DNA of 35,401 nt from Schlesneria sp. (GTDB taxonomy: Bacteria; Planctomycetota; Planctomycetia; Planctomycetales; Planctomycetaceae): the NCBI GenBank assembly GCA_043757695.1, contig JAYVOX010000061.1, positions 1 through 35,401 on the forward strand. The letters run 5' to 3'. The notes beneath the pieces are model-generated. The model worked only from the letters and a program-made list of their open reading frames with translations. It searched no databases and had not been told where the DNA came from. Position numbers and translations under genes: made by a program. Shown here piece by piece: positions 26,969 to 35,401 of this stretch (position 1 is the stretch's first letter; each line of letters opens with the position of its first letter).

Positions 26969-28090
26969 ATGATGGCGGTGTCGGCCCCAATTCCGATCGC
27001 ATTCTGCATCACCGAACTCGATCGGGGGGGAGCCGAACGGGCGTTGAGCCAACTCGTGCTGGGTTTGAATCGCGACGACTGGTCGCCGCGCGTCTATTGC
27101 CTCGGACCACGCGGTCACTTTGCCGTCGTGATCGAAGCGGGCGGCGTGACGGTCGAGTGCTTTGATGCCTCGGGGACGATGAGTCTTCCGCGCGTGTTGG
27201 TGAGACTGACGCTGGCTCTGCGCCGCTTTCGGCCAAGAGTGCTTCAAACGTTTCTCTTTCACGCGAACATCGTCGGGAGAGTGGCCGGACGACTGGCGAG
27301 AGTCCCGCGCATCGTCTCGGGAATTCGAGTCGCCGAGCGTCGGAGCCGCTGGTATGGCCGAGTCGATCGGTGGACGAATGGCCTCGTCGATCACAATGTC
27401 TGCGTGAGCCAAGGGGTTGCGGACTTCGCGGCCACAGAAACGAGACTCCGCCTCCATAAGTTGTCCGTCATTCCGAACGGCGTCGATTTCGAGACGTTCG
27501 CGTCGGCGTCCCCGACCGATCTCACGCAGTTCGGCGTGCCGAAGGGTTCACCCGTTTGCATCACGGTCGGACGATTGGAGAAGCAAAAGGGAATCGACGT
27601 GCTGCTCGACGCCGCTTCGCTGGTGAAGCGAACTCATCCCAACTGCCAGTTCCTGATCGTGGGCGATGGCCGTGACCGAGTCGCCTTAGAAAAACGAGCT
27701 GAGCAGTTGGGACTCGCCTCTACAACCCATTTCACGGGCCTGAGATCGGACGTTCCAAACTTGCTTGCCGCCGCAACGCTGTTTGTCCTGCCGTCTCGCT
27801 GGGAAGGGATGGCCAACGCGCTGCTCGAAGCGATGGCGTGCGGCCTGCCGGTCGTGGCCACCGCCGTGGAAGGTTCTTCCGAACTCATATTGTCGGGTGA
27901 GACGGGACTCCTTGTCCCGGCAGGGACTTCGGTCGAATTGGCCGCTGCGATTTGTGAGCTGCTGGTCGCACCCGACCGCTCTCGCGGGATGGCACTCTCT
28001 GCGCAACACACTGTCAAATCAGACTATACGACAGAAACTGTTGTTCGCGCGTACGCTGCTTGCTACGAGCAACTCGGTGTTCGAGGCTGA
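26969..28090 (+). CDS. Glycosyltransferase family 4 protein
   Basis: ITELDRGGAE, IPNGVD, VGRLEKQKG, FVLPSRWEGMANALLEAMACGLPVVAT. Confidence 0.95.
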   Translation: MMAVSAPIPIAFCITELDRGGAERALSQLVLGLNRDDWSPRVYCLGPRGHFAVVIEAGGVTVECFDASGTMSLPRVLVRLTLALRRFRPRVLQTFLFHANIVGRVAGRLARVPRIVSGIRVAERRSRWYGRVDRWTNGLVDHNVCVSQGVADFAATETRLRLHKLSVIPNGVDFETFASASPTDLTQFGVPKGSPVCITVGRLEKQKGIDVLLDAASLVKRTHPNCQFLIVGDGRDRVALEKRAEQLGLASTTHFTGLRSDVPNLLAAATLFVLPSRWEGMANALLEAMACGLPVVATAVEGSSELILSGETGLLVPAGTSVELAAAICELLVAPDRSRGMALSAQHTVKSDYTTETVVRAYAACYEQLGVRG

Positions 28091-28242
28091 TTCTCCGCCT
28101 CCGCCCGCTAGTCGGAAGAATTTTCTCAAATTCTTCAATCTCTTACCCGGCAACGGACTGCGCTCCAAGTCTCTCGTCGCCGCAAGGTTCTCTTGAAAAT
28201 GCCACTTGCTTCATTGGAAACGGTTGGTAAATTGTGCCGTCC

Positions 28243-28270
28243 GTGGGGGAAATTGGGGAGAGATGGTGGC
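28243..28270 (+). promoter_or_regulatory. Putative MraZ-binding direct repeats
   Basis: gTGGGGgaaa-tTGGGGagag-aTGGTGgc with 10-nt period immediately upstream of mraZ, matching known TGGGN MraZ boxes. Confidence 0.6.
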
Positions 28271-28272
28271 AA

Positions 28273-28701
28273 ATGGCACTGACGGGAACATACCCAAGAA
28301 CGCTCGACGACAAGAAGCGTGTTCCCGTCCCCAAACGTTTGCGAGACGACTTCGGTGAGGCGGAACTCACTAGTCTGGTGGTGGCTCCGGGAACGGAGAA
28401 GTCGCTGGTGATCTACTCCCCGGCGGGGTTCGAGGCATATGCCGCCAAGTTGAAGACCGAAGGAAATCATCAGAAGTATCTGCGGCTGTTTTATTCCGCC
28501 GCCGAGCGAGTTGATCTGGACGCTCAGGGCCGGATTCGGATTCCAGATCGACTGACCGAGTACGCAGGGTTGAAGCGAGACGCCTATTTGTTGGGAGTTC
28601 AGGACCACGCGGAGTTGTGGGACAAGGACGCGTGGGACGCCTTCATTACCGAACACACGCCTGCTTTTGACGAGTTGGCGGCGCGAGCGTTGGGTGGGTG
28701 A
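28273..28701 (+). CDS. mraZ: Transcriptional regulator MraZ
   Basis: LDDKKRVPVP and LDAQGRIRIP (two DxxxR motifs), GVQDHAELWD. Confidence 0.95.
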   Translation: MALTGTYPRTLDDKKRVPVPKRLRDDFGEAELTSLVVAPGTEKSLVIYSPAGFEAYAAKLKTEGNHQKYLRLFYSAAERVDLDAQGRIRIPDRLTEYAGLKRDAYLLGVQDHAELWDKDAWDAFITEHTPAFDELAARALGG

Positions 28702-29169
28702 TTCGTTTGAGTTGAGGGTTGAACAATGGCCCGCAGAAAAATGGGCGTGAGGCAGGTTTGGAACCTGCCGGTGAATCACGGATGAGAACCACTGGCAGGA
28801 GGTGAGACCTGCCTCGCGCCCATTTTTCCGCGGGCTGGATAGTGACAGGGAAGTGAGTGAGTTCGGACAAGGAAGAATCCGCTGGCTACCGGGCTACGCG
28901 GACGGACAAGGCTGGCACGGATGCCATGCCTTGAAAATGCTGGGGGTCTTGCGGCAGCTTGGCTTTCGGCGAGTCATTCGCCTTCAGGGCGTAGTCGCCG
29001 GGTGGCAGGGATGCTTACCCGCGGCGAATGACTTGGCAAACGGCGACGCAACCCAGAGGACTCGGCCATGGAATGGTCGAGTCCTCTGTTTTTTGACTCG
29101 CCCGGAATCGAGTGGGACATTGCATTCAGAGTCGGAGTTCCGACATCGTGATAATTGTCGAAGCGCAGA

Positions 29170-29219
29170 GGAGACCTGCGGTCGGGCGTTTCGGCGGGGT
29201 CAAGAGACCCGCGCCGAAC
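29170..29219. repeat. REP-like hairpin
   Basis: ggagacctgcggtcg...ttcggcggggtc-aaga-gacccgcgccgaac imperfect stem-loop in the mraZ-prs spacer. Confidence 0.55.
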
Positions 29220-29372
29220 TACGGGAAGCCCTACCGCAGGAGTCCAACTCTCCCGTTTCCAACTGAGAAGCGGCTTCCTTTGAGCAGCCCGGTTAGGCCG
29301 CTATTATTCTGCCCGCCTTGCCTCTCTTGGATTTCTCACCTGCCGATCGGCTGCTTGCTGGAGACTCGTTTG

Positions 29373-30386
29373 ATGAATTTCTTACGGCCCGAGTTGGCCG
29401 GTCCGCGGCCCGCACCGTTTCAAGCACCTCAAGGTGATCTCGCGATCCTCGCGGGGAACGCCAATCCGCTGCTGGCTCAGAACATCGCGAATACGCTCGG
29501 CGTTTCACTGACTCCTGCCCGAGCACACGTCTTCAGTGAGGGGAACGTATTCGTTCGCATCAAGGAAAACGTGCGAGGCAAAGATGTCTTCATCATTCAG
29601 GGCTGCCATTATCCGGTGAACGACAACTTCATGGAGTTGCTCTTCTGGATTGATGCCGCGCGCCGCGCGAGTGCCCAGAACGTGACTGCTGTCATCCCGT
29701 TTTTCAGCTACGCGCAAGGCGACAAGAAGGACGAACCGCGTGTATCGATCCGTGCCCGAGTCTGTGCCGACGCGATTGAAGCGGCGGGAGCGGATCGCGT
29801 GCTGACGATGGACTTGCACAGCCCGCAGATTCAAGGGTTCTTTCGAGTTCCGGTCGATCACCTCTACGGACGCAACGTGCTGGTCGAACACTTCAAGCGT
29901 CTGAACGTGTGTGACCTCGTGGTGTGCAGTCCCGATGTCGGGTTCGCCAAGGGAGCGGCGGCGTATGCCGGGTTGCTCGGTGCGCCGGTCGTCATCGGCA
30001 ACAAGCATCGCTCCGACCACACCGAGACCGTGCAGATTCTCGAAGTGATCGGTGACGTGCAGGGGAAGAACATCTTCCTCGTGGATGATCTCACGATTAC
30101 CGGAAACTCGCTGGTCGAGATGGCACGCACGTTGAAGACGCGCGGCGCGAAGGACATCTACGTGGCGGTGACTCACGGCGTTTTGTCGAAGGGCGCCGCA
30201 CAGCGGATTGCCGACAGCGAGATCAAGAAAATGTTCATCACCGACACGATCGAGAACTCGTTCGATCCGCTGCCGCCCAATGTCGAAGTCGTTTCCGTCT
30301 CGCATCTGATGGCCAACGCCATTCGTTCGATTCACGATCGAACGAGCATCAGCATGTTGTTTCCCGACAAGCCCGAAATGGCGTGA
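29373..30386 (+). CDS. prs: Ribose-phosphate pyrophosphokinase
   Basis: FSEGN..V.IKENVRG.DVF, PVNDNFMELL, MDLHSPQIQGFF, SPDVG, LVDDLTITG, THGV; start set at ATG 29373 after a GGAG. Confidence 0.96.
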   Translation: MNFLRPELAGPRPAPFQAPQGDLAILAGNANPLLAQNIANTLGVSLTPARAHVFSEGNVFVRIKENVRGKDVFIIQGCHYPVNDNFMELLFWIDAARRASAQNVTAVIPFFSYAQGDKKDEPRVSIRARVCADAIEAAGADRVLTMDLHSPQIQGFFRVPVDHLYGRNVLVEHFKRLNVCDLVVCSPDVGFAKGAAAYAGLLGAPVVIGNKHRSDHTETVQILEVIGDVQGKNIFLVDDLTITGNSLVEMARTLKTRGAKDIYVAVTHGVLSKGAAQRIADSEIKKMFITDTIENSFDPLPPNVEVVSVSHLMANAIRSIHDRTSISMLFPDKPEMA

Positions 30387-30446
30387 GTTGCTTACCTGTG
30401 TTTTCTTGCATCGTCCGCGTCTCCCGCATTTGAGTGACCTCGCGCC

Positions 30447-31097
30447 ATGATCGTGACCATTGACGGACCTGCCGGGACGGGGAAGAGCACGGTGGCGAAG
30501 ACGCTCGCCGGCCGGTTGGGATTCGAGTTTCTCAACACGGGTGCGATGTATCGGGCTGTCGCGTACTCCTGTCTGCAGCGCGAGATCGACCTCACCGACG
30601 CCGAGGCCGTCGGTCAATTGCCTTCCAAGTTGGAGATCGTGTTTGTCCAGAGTCGGCTGTTACTGGACGGCTACGATGTGACGGAGGCGATTCACGGGCA
30701 AGAGGTCACGCAGGTGGCGTCAGTGGTCGCCGCGAATCCGCTCGTGCGCGGCTGTCTCGTCGCACTGCAACGCGCCGCCGCGCGCGGGACAAGCCTTGTC
30801 ACCGAGGGGCGCGATCAGGGAACCGTGGTCTTTCCCGAGGCCGAGTGCAAGTTCTTCATCACGGCGTCACCGCATGAGCGAGCGCTGCGACGCCAGAGAG
30901 AATTGCAGGCCAAGGGGGAGTTCATTCCGCTGGAGGAGTTGCTCTCACTGCAGGCTCTCCGCGACGAACGAGACCAAACGCGAGCCTGCTCCCCACTGCT
31001 CCCTGCAGACGATGCGGTCGTCATCGACACGACCTCGATGAGCTTGGAAGAGGTCGCCGGATATCTGGAGTCACTCGTTCACCAACGGCTGGCGTAG
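30447..31097 (+). CDS. cmk: Cytidylate kinase
   Basis: IDGPAGTGKST, NTGAMYR, EGRDQGTVVFP.A..KFF. Confidence 0.97.
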   Translation: MIVTIDGPAGTGKSTVAKTLAGRLGFEFLNTGAMYRAVAYSCLQREIDLTDAEAVGQLPSKLEIVFVQSRLLLDGYDVTEAIHGQEVTQVASVVAANPLVRGCLVALQRAAARGTSLVTEGRDQGTVVFPEAECKFFITASPHERALRRQRELQAKGEFIPLEELLSLQALRDERDQTRACSPLLPADDAVVIDTTSMSLEEVAGYLESLVHQRLA

Positions 31098-31136
31098 GGC
31101 GATCACCTCACGAATGGTCTCACCGTATCAATGGTC

Positions 31137-32690
31137 TCACCGTCCTGTGACGAAACTGAAGGTGAAGACATCAGTGATGTTCGAGAATACCGGTGATGCT
31201 GAGATCCGGACGTAGCGGCGGTCTCCTGAAACGGCCGCCATCGCAGTCAAGGAAACACCTTCACTGATGAGAGCGACGACCGGCTGAAAACCGACGTTGC
31301 CGCCGCCTGCACCGAAGTTCTGTCCGCCGATGCCACCGACATTACCGCCTCCCCCTCCGCCGATTTGGGCGGCGGGATTGTTGTTGAGCTGTGACAGGAT
31401 GGCGGAGCCGGCCGTGCTGCGTCGCGCGGCTTTCTTTTGAGGGACTTGAGCCGGTGCGGTTCCATCGGTGCGGCGGCCCTGCGTCAGTGAGATGCGAACG
31501 GTTTGATCGGTGCGGCCCAGCAGGACCGTCTGTGTTTCGGTTTGTTCGTGGGGGGAGTCCTTCCCGCGTGTGATCGTCAGTTGTGCCCGCTTCCCCACGA
31601 TCTCGCCGAGGACGTGGCGGACTCGTAGCAGGTACTCGCCGGACATGGCCCGCGGGCAAACGTACTCGTCGTAGCAGCGTGCCTGATTTGGCCCCGAGCC
31701 ATCATGCACGAAGATTCCACCGCTGACGGTGTACGGCTTCTCGCGCGAGCAGGTCGAACCAGATGGCTCAACGACGAAGAGGTCGAGGTCGCCTTGTCCG
31801 CTCCAGTCTAAGCGGACATGCAGGTCGATTTCCCGTGCCGTGCACATCCCCTCTTGAAGCGCCAGCGCCTTCGCGATCTGACCCGCTTTGGTAAGTTGCG
31901 GGATCGCGTCCGCAGCGGCCTGTTCTGCCTCCCGACTCAAAGCGGCGCGATCACTCCCCCACGCATAGGCTCGGACTTCGGGGGCCGCCCAGACGATGGC
32001 TTCCGCATTGCGTGTCTTGCGTGCCAACGAGAGGGCCTGCAAAAACGGCTCGGGACGATGGGGGGCCAGGTGCGAGGCCTGTCGATACAGTTCGATCGCC
32101 CGCTCATACCGCTCGAACTTGGTGAGGTACGCGGCGAGGACCATCATCGACTCGGCATCGAGCGAGATTACGTCTTGGCTCGACAGCAGGACGCGTTCGA
32201 TCTGAGGCTTCGGCCGGCCCGCCGCTTCCATCGCGATGGCGAGGACTTGATACATCCACGGCTGCATCTTGGCTTGGATGATCGCCTGTTCGAGACACGC
32301 GATCACTTCTTCGTACTGGCGATGGGCGATCAGGTCATCCACTGTTTGACGGATGACTTCCGGTGAATCGGAGTCGGCGGCGAATCGTTCGCGCCATCGC
32401 TTGGCTCGCTGAGCGGAAGTCTCTCCACTGTTCTTGGCACTCTGTTTGGGACCGGCACAAAGGCTCGAACGGGGACGAACGGCCCGCTGAGAAAATAACC
32501 CGAAGCGTGAGCGAGGGACGGTAGTGCGGTCATCCCTCTGGAGAGCAAGCCTCTCGCGGACACGTCGGGTTACATCGAGCGGAGTTTTCATCTCGCGATT
32601 CAAAACGAAAGAAGCGGGAACTGCCGCGAAGGGCTGCTCCCGCTTGGTCTTCAATTCAGCGTCGTTCGCGCCCGCCCCGAGTCCTTCCAC
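31137..32690 (-). CDS. TPR-like hypothetical protein with secretin-like C-terminal beta segment; start uncertain, possibly the recoded C-terminal half of the upstream gene
   Basis: QPWMYQVLA, PHRPEPF, LDWSGQGDLDLFVVEPSG, C-terminal GFQPVV...VSGDRRYVRIS.SPVFS. Confidence 0.75.
   Translation of the reverse strand: MEGLGAGANDAELKTKREQPFAAVPASFVLNREMKTPLDVTRRVRERLALQRDDRTTVPRSRFGLFSQRAVRPRSSLCAGPKQSAKNSGETSAQRAKRWRERFAADSDSPEVIRQTVDDLIAHRQYEEVIACLEQAIIQAKMQPWMYQVLAIAMEAAGRPKPQIERVLLSSQDVISLDAESMMVLAAYLTKFERYERAIELYRQASHLAPHRPEPFLQALSLARKTRNAEAIVWAAPEVRAYAWGSDRAALSREAEQAAADAIPQLTKAGQIAKALALQEGMCTAREIDLHVRLDWSGQGDLDLFVVEPSGSTCSREKPYTVSGGIFVHDGSGPNQARCYDEYVCPRAMSGEYLLRVRHVLGEIVGKRAQLTITRGKDSPHEQTETQTVLLGRTDQTVRISLTQGRRTDGTAPAQVPQKKAARRSTAGSAILSQLNNNPAAQIGGGGGGNVGGIGGQNFGAGGGNVGFQPVVALISEGVSLTAMAAVSGDRRYVRISASPVFSNITDVFTFSFVTGR
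32496..32572. repeat. REP-like inverted pair lying inside an open reading frame
   Basis: taacccgaagcgtgagcgaggga ... cctctcgcggacacgtcgggtta. Confidence 0.75.
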
Positions 32691-32725
32691 GGCCTGGCTC
32701 GGGATTACGTGGCTCGTTTTTTTTT
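32676..32725 (-). other. Candidate -1 recoding signal: A9 slippery run plus putative H-type pseudoknot
   Basis: ATG AAA AAA AAA CGA GCC ACG TAA. The -1 frame is open into ORF 31137-32690, and downstream CCACG/CGTGG and CCCGAG/CTCGGG stems are interleaved. Confidence 0.5.
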
Positions 32726-35317
32726 CATGGCTTCGATGGTGCGGTTGTCCAATTTCGGACCGGACTGATTCGCAGCTTTGCCTGGACCAGCCTTCGCTTG
32801 GGGGGGGAGTTGTTCGGGAGGAATGTTTCCGAACCCGCCACCGCCGCCCCCACCGCCGAACCCGCCGCCCCCACCACCCTGCTGGCCACCTTGACCACCA
32901 CCCTGTTGACCACCTTGTTGACCACCGCCACCACCGAACGCGCCACCGCCACCGAGTTGGATGATCGGCACCACGAGGTCCGCCACCGGATAGACGCGGG
33001 TCGACATCTTCTCGTCCGCTTTGACTTGCGTGGTGATCTTCATCACTTCGTCTTCAATCACGTAGGTCAAAGCCAGCGGTTCCAACATCAGTCGCAGGGC
33101 ACTCCGCAGCGAAACGCCGTTCATTATCAAGTTGATCGGTTGATCGGTGTTGATGCCGTCGGCTGTCAACGATTCCTTATCGAGCCAAATCTCAATCGAG
33201 TGCAGGTCTTCGAGGTACTTGATCGCCTCTTCCAGAGGAGTATCTGTAAATGTCACTTCAGTTGTTTCGGTCAGCGCCGTACGAATCCGTTGCTCGTTGG
33301 GGCTGTCTTTCTTCAGATCAACCGTCGCCCACTTGCGGCGGCGTTCCGACAATGACTTCCAGACTTCCGCAGCCGGAAAGCGGATCGGCGGTTCATCCGG
33401 GAATGGGACGTGTGACAGTTCCGTTTGGTGGAGTGTTTCGAGGAACTGGTCGGCTCGCTTGGCTCGCAAGCGATAGGACCGCAAAAGTTGTTGAGCGGAC
33501 TCGGCGTTGAACCGCGCAGCAGCCGACGTGCTTTCACCGGGACGGAGATTGATCGCGAAGTCGGCGACTTCTTGAGCTTCACCGTAGGCTTCATCGCGAC
33601 CGTGCTTGCCCTCGAGCATCAACGCACGCACGCGGTCGATCAGGTTTTCAAGTCGCTCTTCATCGAGCATCAGTTGCTCGGCCAACCGCTGCGTCGATTC
33701 GCGCTGAGCGCGGCTTTCGAGCGATTGGATGCGGCGCTGTTGTCCGACTTCCTTCGCGTTCACCTGCTGTTGAATCTCTCCCTCCAACTGCTTTTGCAAA
33801 CGGAGCCGATCTTCGGGAGCGATGTCGATGGCCGACTTCACGGCATCCAGCACCTGTTTCAACTGGCCCAAGCCCGCGTCCGGATCGACGGAATTGCGTG
33901 CCGCTTCAATCGCGATGCTGACTTGGTTGCGCAGCTTCTGAGTCATCACGGCTGTGGCTTGCACTTGGTCGGCGACCAAGCTGTCGTTGGGATTGGGATT
34001 GGTCTTGTCTTCCAAATCCGGGGTTGGCGCGGCTGGAGTCGCTTCGTCGGGCGTGTTCTGACTGACGAGTCGGACTCCGAGACGGTTGATGACCTTGCCG
34101 AGTGATGCGGCCTGTTTATTAGAGGGGTCGATCTGCACAACCTGTCCGGCGAGATGAGCCGCCTGACGGACATCGCCTCGCTCCAATGCCGCGTGACCCT
34201 GATCTACGAGTCGGGCCACTCCTTGAGCGAAGTCATCCTGTGCTTGGTTCATCAGCGACAACCCCGCGAGCGAGTTGCTGAGTCCGCCATCTTGCTCCAA
34301 TCGTCGGGCAAAGTCCGGCAGGAACGCGACCGCAGGTTGTTCCAGTGGAGCGGCCATCTTCCATTCGAGTGAAGCGGCTACACCGGCAGCGGACAGGAGA
34401 GCCACTCGCGCATTTGCCGGGAGTGGTTTGCTCGTCAAATAGATGGTTTCGCGATCCGTGCGCATCGGCAGCGGAATGCCGGGCAGCAACGTTGCCGATG
34501 CGGGAGTCACAGTCATCGACGTTGGGAAGAAGACCGGTGATTGCAGCGCTGACGCCAAGACTCGACCATCAACGGCAGCCTTGTTGGCACGAACGAGAGC
34601 TTGCTCGGCGGGAGCTGGCTTCGATTCGACGGCCGAATCAAACGTCACCAATCCTCCCGTTTGATGGGCCAGAATTCCGAGGAGGTGCAGGTTGAGTTGC
34701 GGCCCAACGCCGTAGCTGTTCACGGGAACTTGTCGTTCACGCAGGCTGGTCAGCAGCGTTCGTAGTTCGGACGACTCGATCAGATCGGCGGTACTCATCC
34801 CGTCGCCGATGTAGGTGATATTGGTTGGTCGGTCAGTCGGAGCCGATCCGAGCGCGGTCTCAAGTGCGGAGCGCAGGTTCGTCGCACCGAGCGGCACTCG
34901 CGATTGCAGAGCATCCAATCCCGCCTGCACTTCTTGGCTACGTGGCGAGTGGAAGCCGTCGTCGAGGGCTTCGGCTTGGACATCGACCGCGAAGAGGCGG
35001 ACTCGATCCGTTTCCGGCAATGCTTGAAGCAATGCGTTCAGCACGGCAAACGCTTGTTTGCGGTGAACACCCACTTGGCTAGCCGAGGTATCGATCAGGA
35101 TCACGTGCTCGCGAGCGACCACACCCTGAGGCAACTCGCTCACCTTCAACACCACGGCCGAATAGGACTGGCCGGTAGTGGCAGTGTGCTTCAGCACTCG
35201 CGCCGGTGCGGAGACTTCCGCCCCCGTTACCGTGGCAACCATCAGCCCCGTGGTTCCCCAACAGATTGCGGCCAAGGCCGGAACCACAACACAACGCTTC
35301 GAGAATAGTTTCAACAT
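32705..35317 (-). CDS. Large secreted protein: signal peptide, vWA domain, helical region, STN/secretin-N-like domain, Gly/Gln-rich linker
   Basis: HVILIDTSASQ (MIDAS), YIGDGMS, FTDTPLEEAI...VSLRSALRLML...YVIEDEVMKITT...TRVYPVADLV; GAGG RBS. Confidence 0.85.
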   Translation of the reverse strand: MLKLFSKRCVVVPALAAICWGTTGLMVATVTGAEVSAPARVLKHTATTGQSYSAVVLKVSELPQGVVAREHVILIDTSASQVGVHRKQAFAVLNALLQALPETDRVRLFAVDVQAEALDDGFHSPRSQEVQAGLDALQSRVPLGATNLRSALETALGSAPTDRPTNITYIGDGMSTADLIESSELRTLLTSLRERQVPVNSYGVGPQLNLHLLGILAHQTGGLVTFDSAVESKPAPAEQALVRANKAAVDGRVLASALQSPVFFPTSMTVTPASATLLPGIPLPMRTDRETIYLTSKPLPANARVALLSAAGVAASLEWKMAAPLEQPAVAFLPDFARRLEQDGGLSNSLAGLSLMNQAQDDFAQGVARLVDQGHAALERGDVRQAAHLAGQVVQIDPSNKQAASLGKVINRLGVRLVSQNTPDEATPAAPTPDLEDKTNPNPNDSLVADQVQATAVMTQKLRNQVSIAIEAARNSVDPDAGLGQLKQVLDAVKSAIDIAPEDRLRLQKQLEGEIQQQVNAKEVGQQRRIQSLESRAQRESTQRLAEQLMLDEERLENLIDRVRALMLEGKHGRDEAYGEAQEVADFAINLRPGESTSAAARFNAESAQQLLRSYRLRAKRADQFLETLHQTELSHVPFPDEPPIRFPAAEVWKSLSERRRKWATVDLKKDSPNEQRIRTALTETTEVTFTDTPLEEAIKYLEDLHSIEIWLDKESLTADGINTDQPINLIMNGVSLRSALRLMLEPLALTYVIEDEVMKITTQVKADEKMSTRVYPVADLVVPIIQLGGGGAFGGGGGQQGGQQGGGQGGQQGGGGGGFGGGGGGGGFGNIPPEQLPPQAKAGPGKAANQSGPKLDNRTIEAMKKKRAT

Positions 35318-35401
35318 GCCGCTTTACCTCGCATCACGATGGGAAGGCGAGAACAGTGGTTCGGCGAACTGATGTCCGCTTGGCCGTTTGGAAATTCGAG
35401 A

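Noticed and set aside
29112-29372. N-terminal extensions in the ORF track for prs (also larC, rplC, rplR, rpsH, rpsQ, mraZ)
   Set aside because: The extensions overlap REPs or neighbouring genes, and family similarity and RBS positions favour the downstream starts.
32829-32956. Gly/Gln-rich repeats and a G7 run
   Set aside because: This is a low-complexity linker inside an intact frame.

Overview
Chromosomal window from a high-GC bacterium, very probably a planctomycete (inferred from family-typical proteins such as the WxQFRGPxG beta-propeller, RpoA starting [11 protein letters not shown], the uL17 insertion and a VWA/STN protein). Left arm (1-8.7 kb): a PQQ-like beta-propeller gene, larC with a His/Cys-rich tail, then a run of decayed genes (TadG-like, SF2 helicase, LRR-Roc, Tat-signal peptide, IS5). 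Centre (8.85-21.4 kb): a sigma70 promoter and an S10-spc-alpha ribosomal protein superoperon (rpsJ to rplQ, with secY and rpoA). This block is anomalous. Its coding strand is strongly G+T rich and C poor, starting about at the predicted transcription start. Many proteins are heavily diverged or shortened, and rplX, adk and map are missing, yet every reading frame is intact. Right arm: a Cys-rich ORF, a porin pseudogene, a YdcF-family gene, queA, a GT4 glycosyltransferase, an orphan mraZ, prs and cmk. It ends with a VWA-STN gene and a TPR-like gene joined by an A9 slippery run followed by a candidate H-type pseudoknot, a putative -1 recoding site. Several distinct REP-like palindromes occur in the flanks. 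No rRNA, tRNA or CRISPR array was seen.
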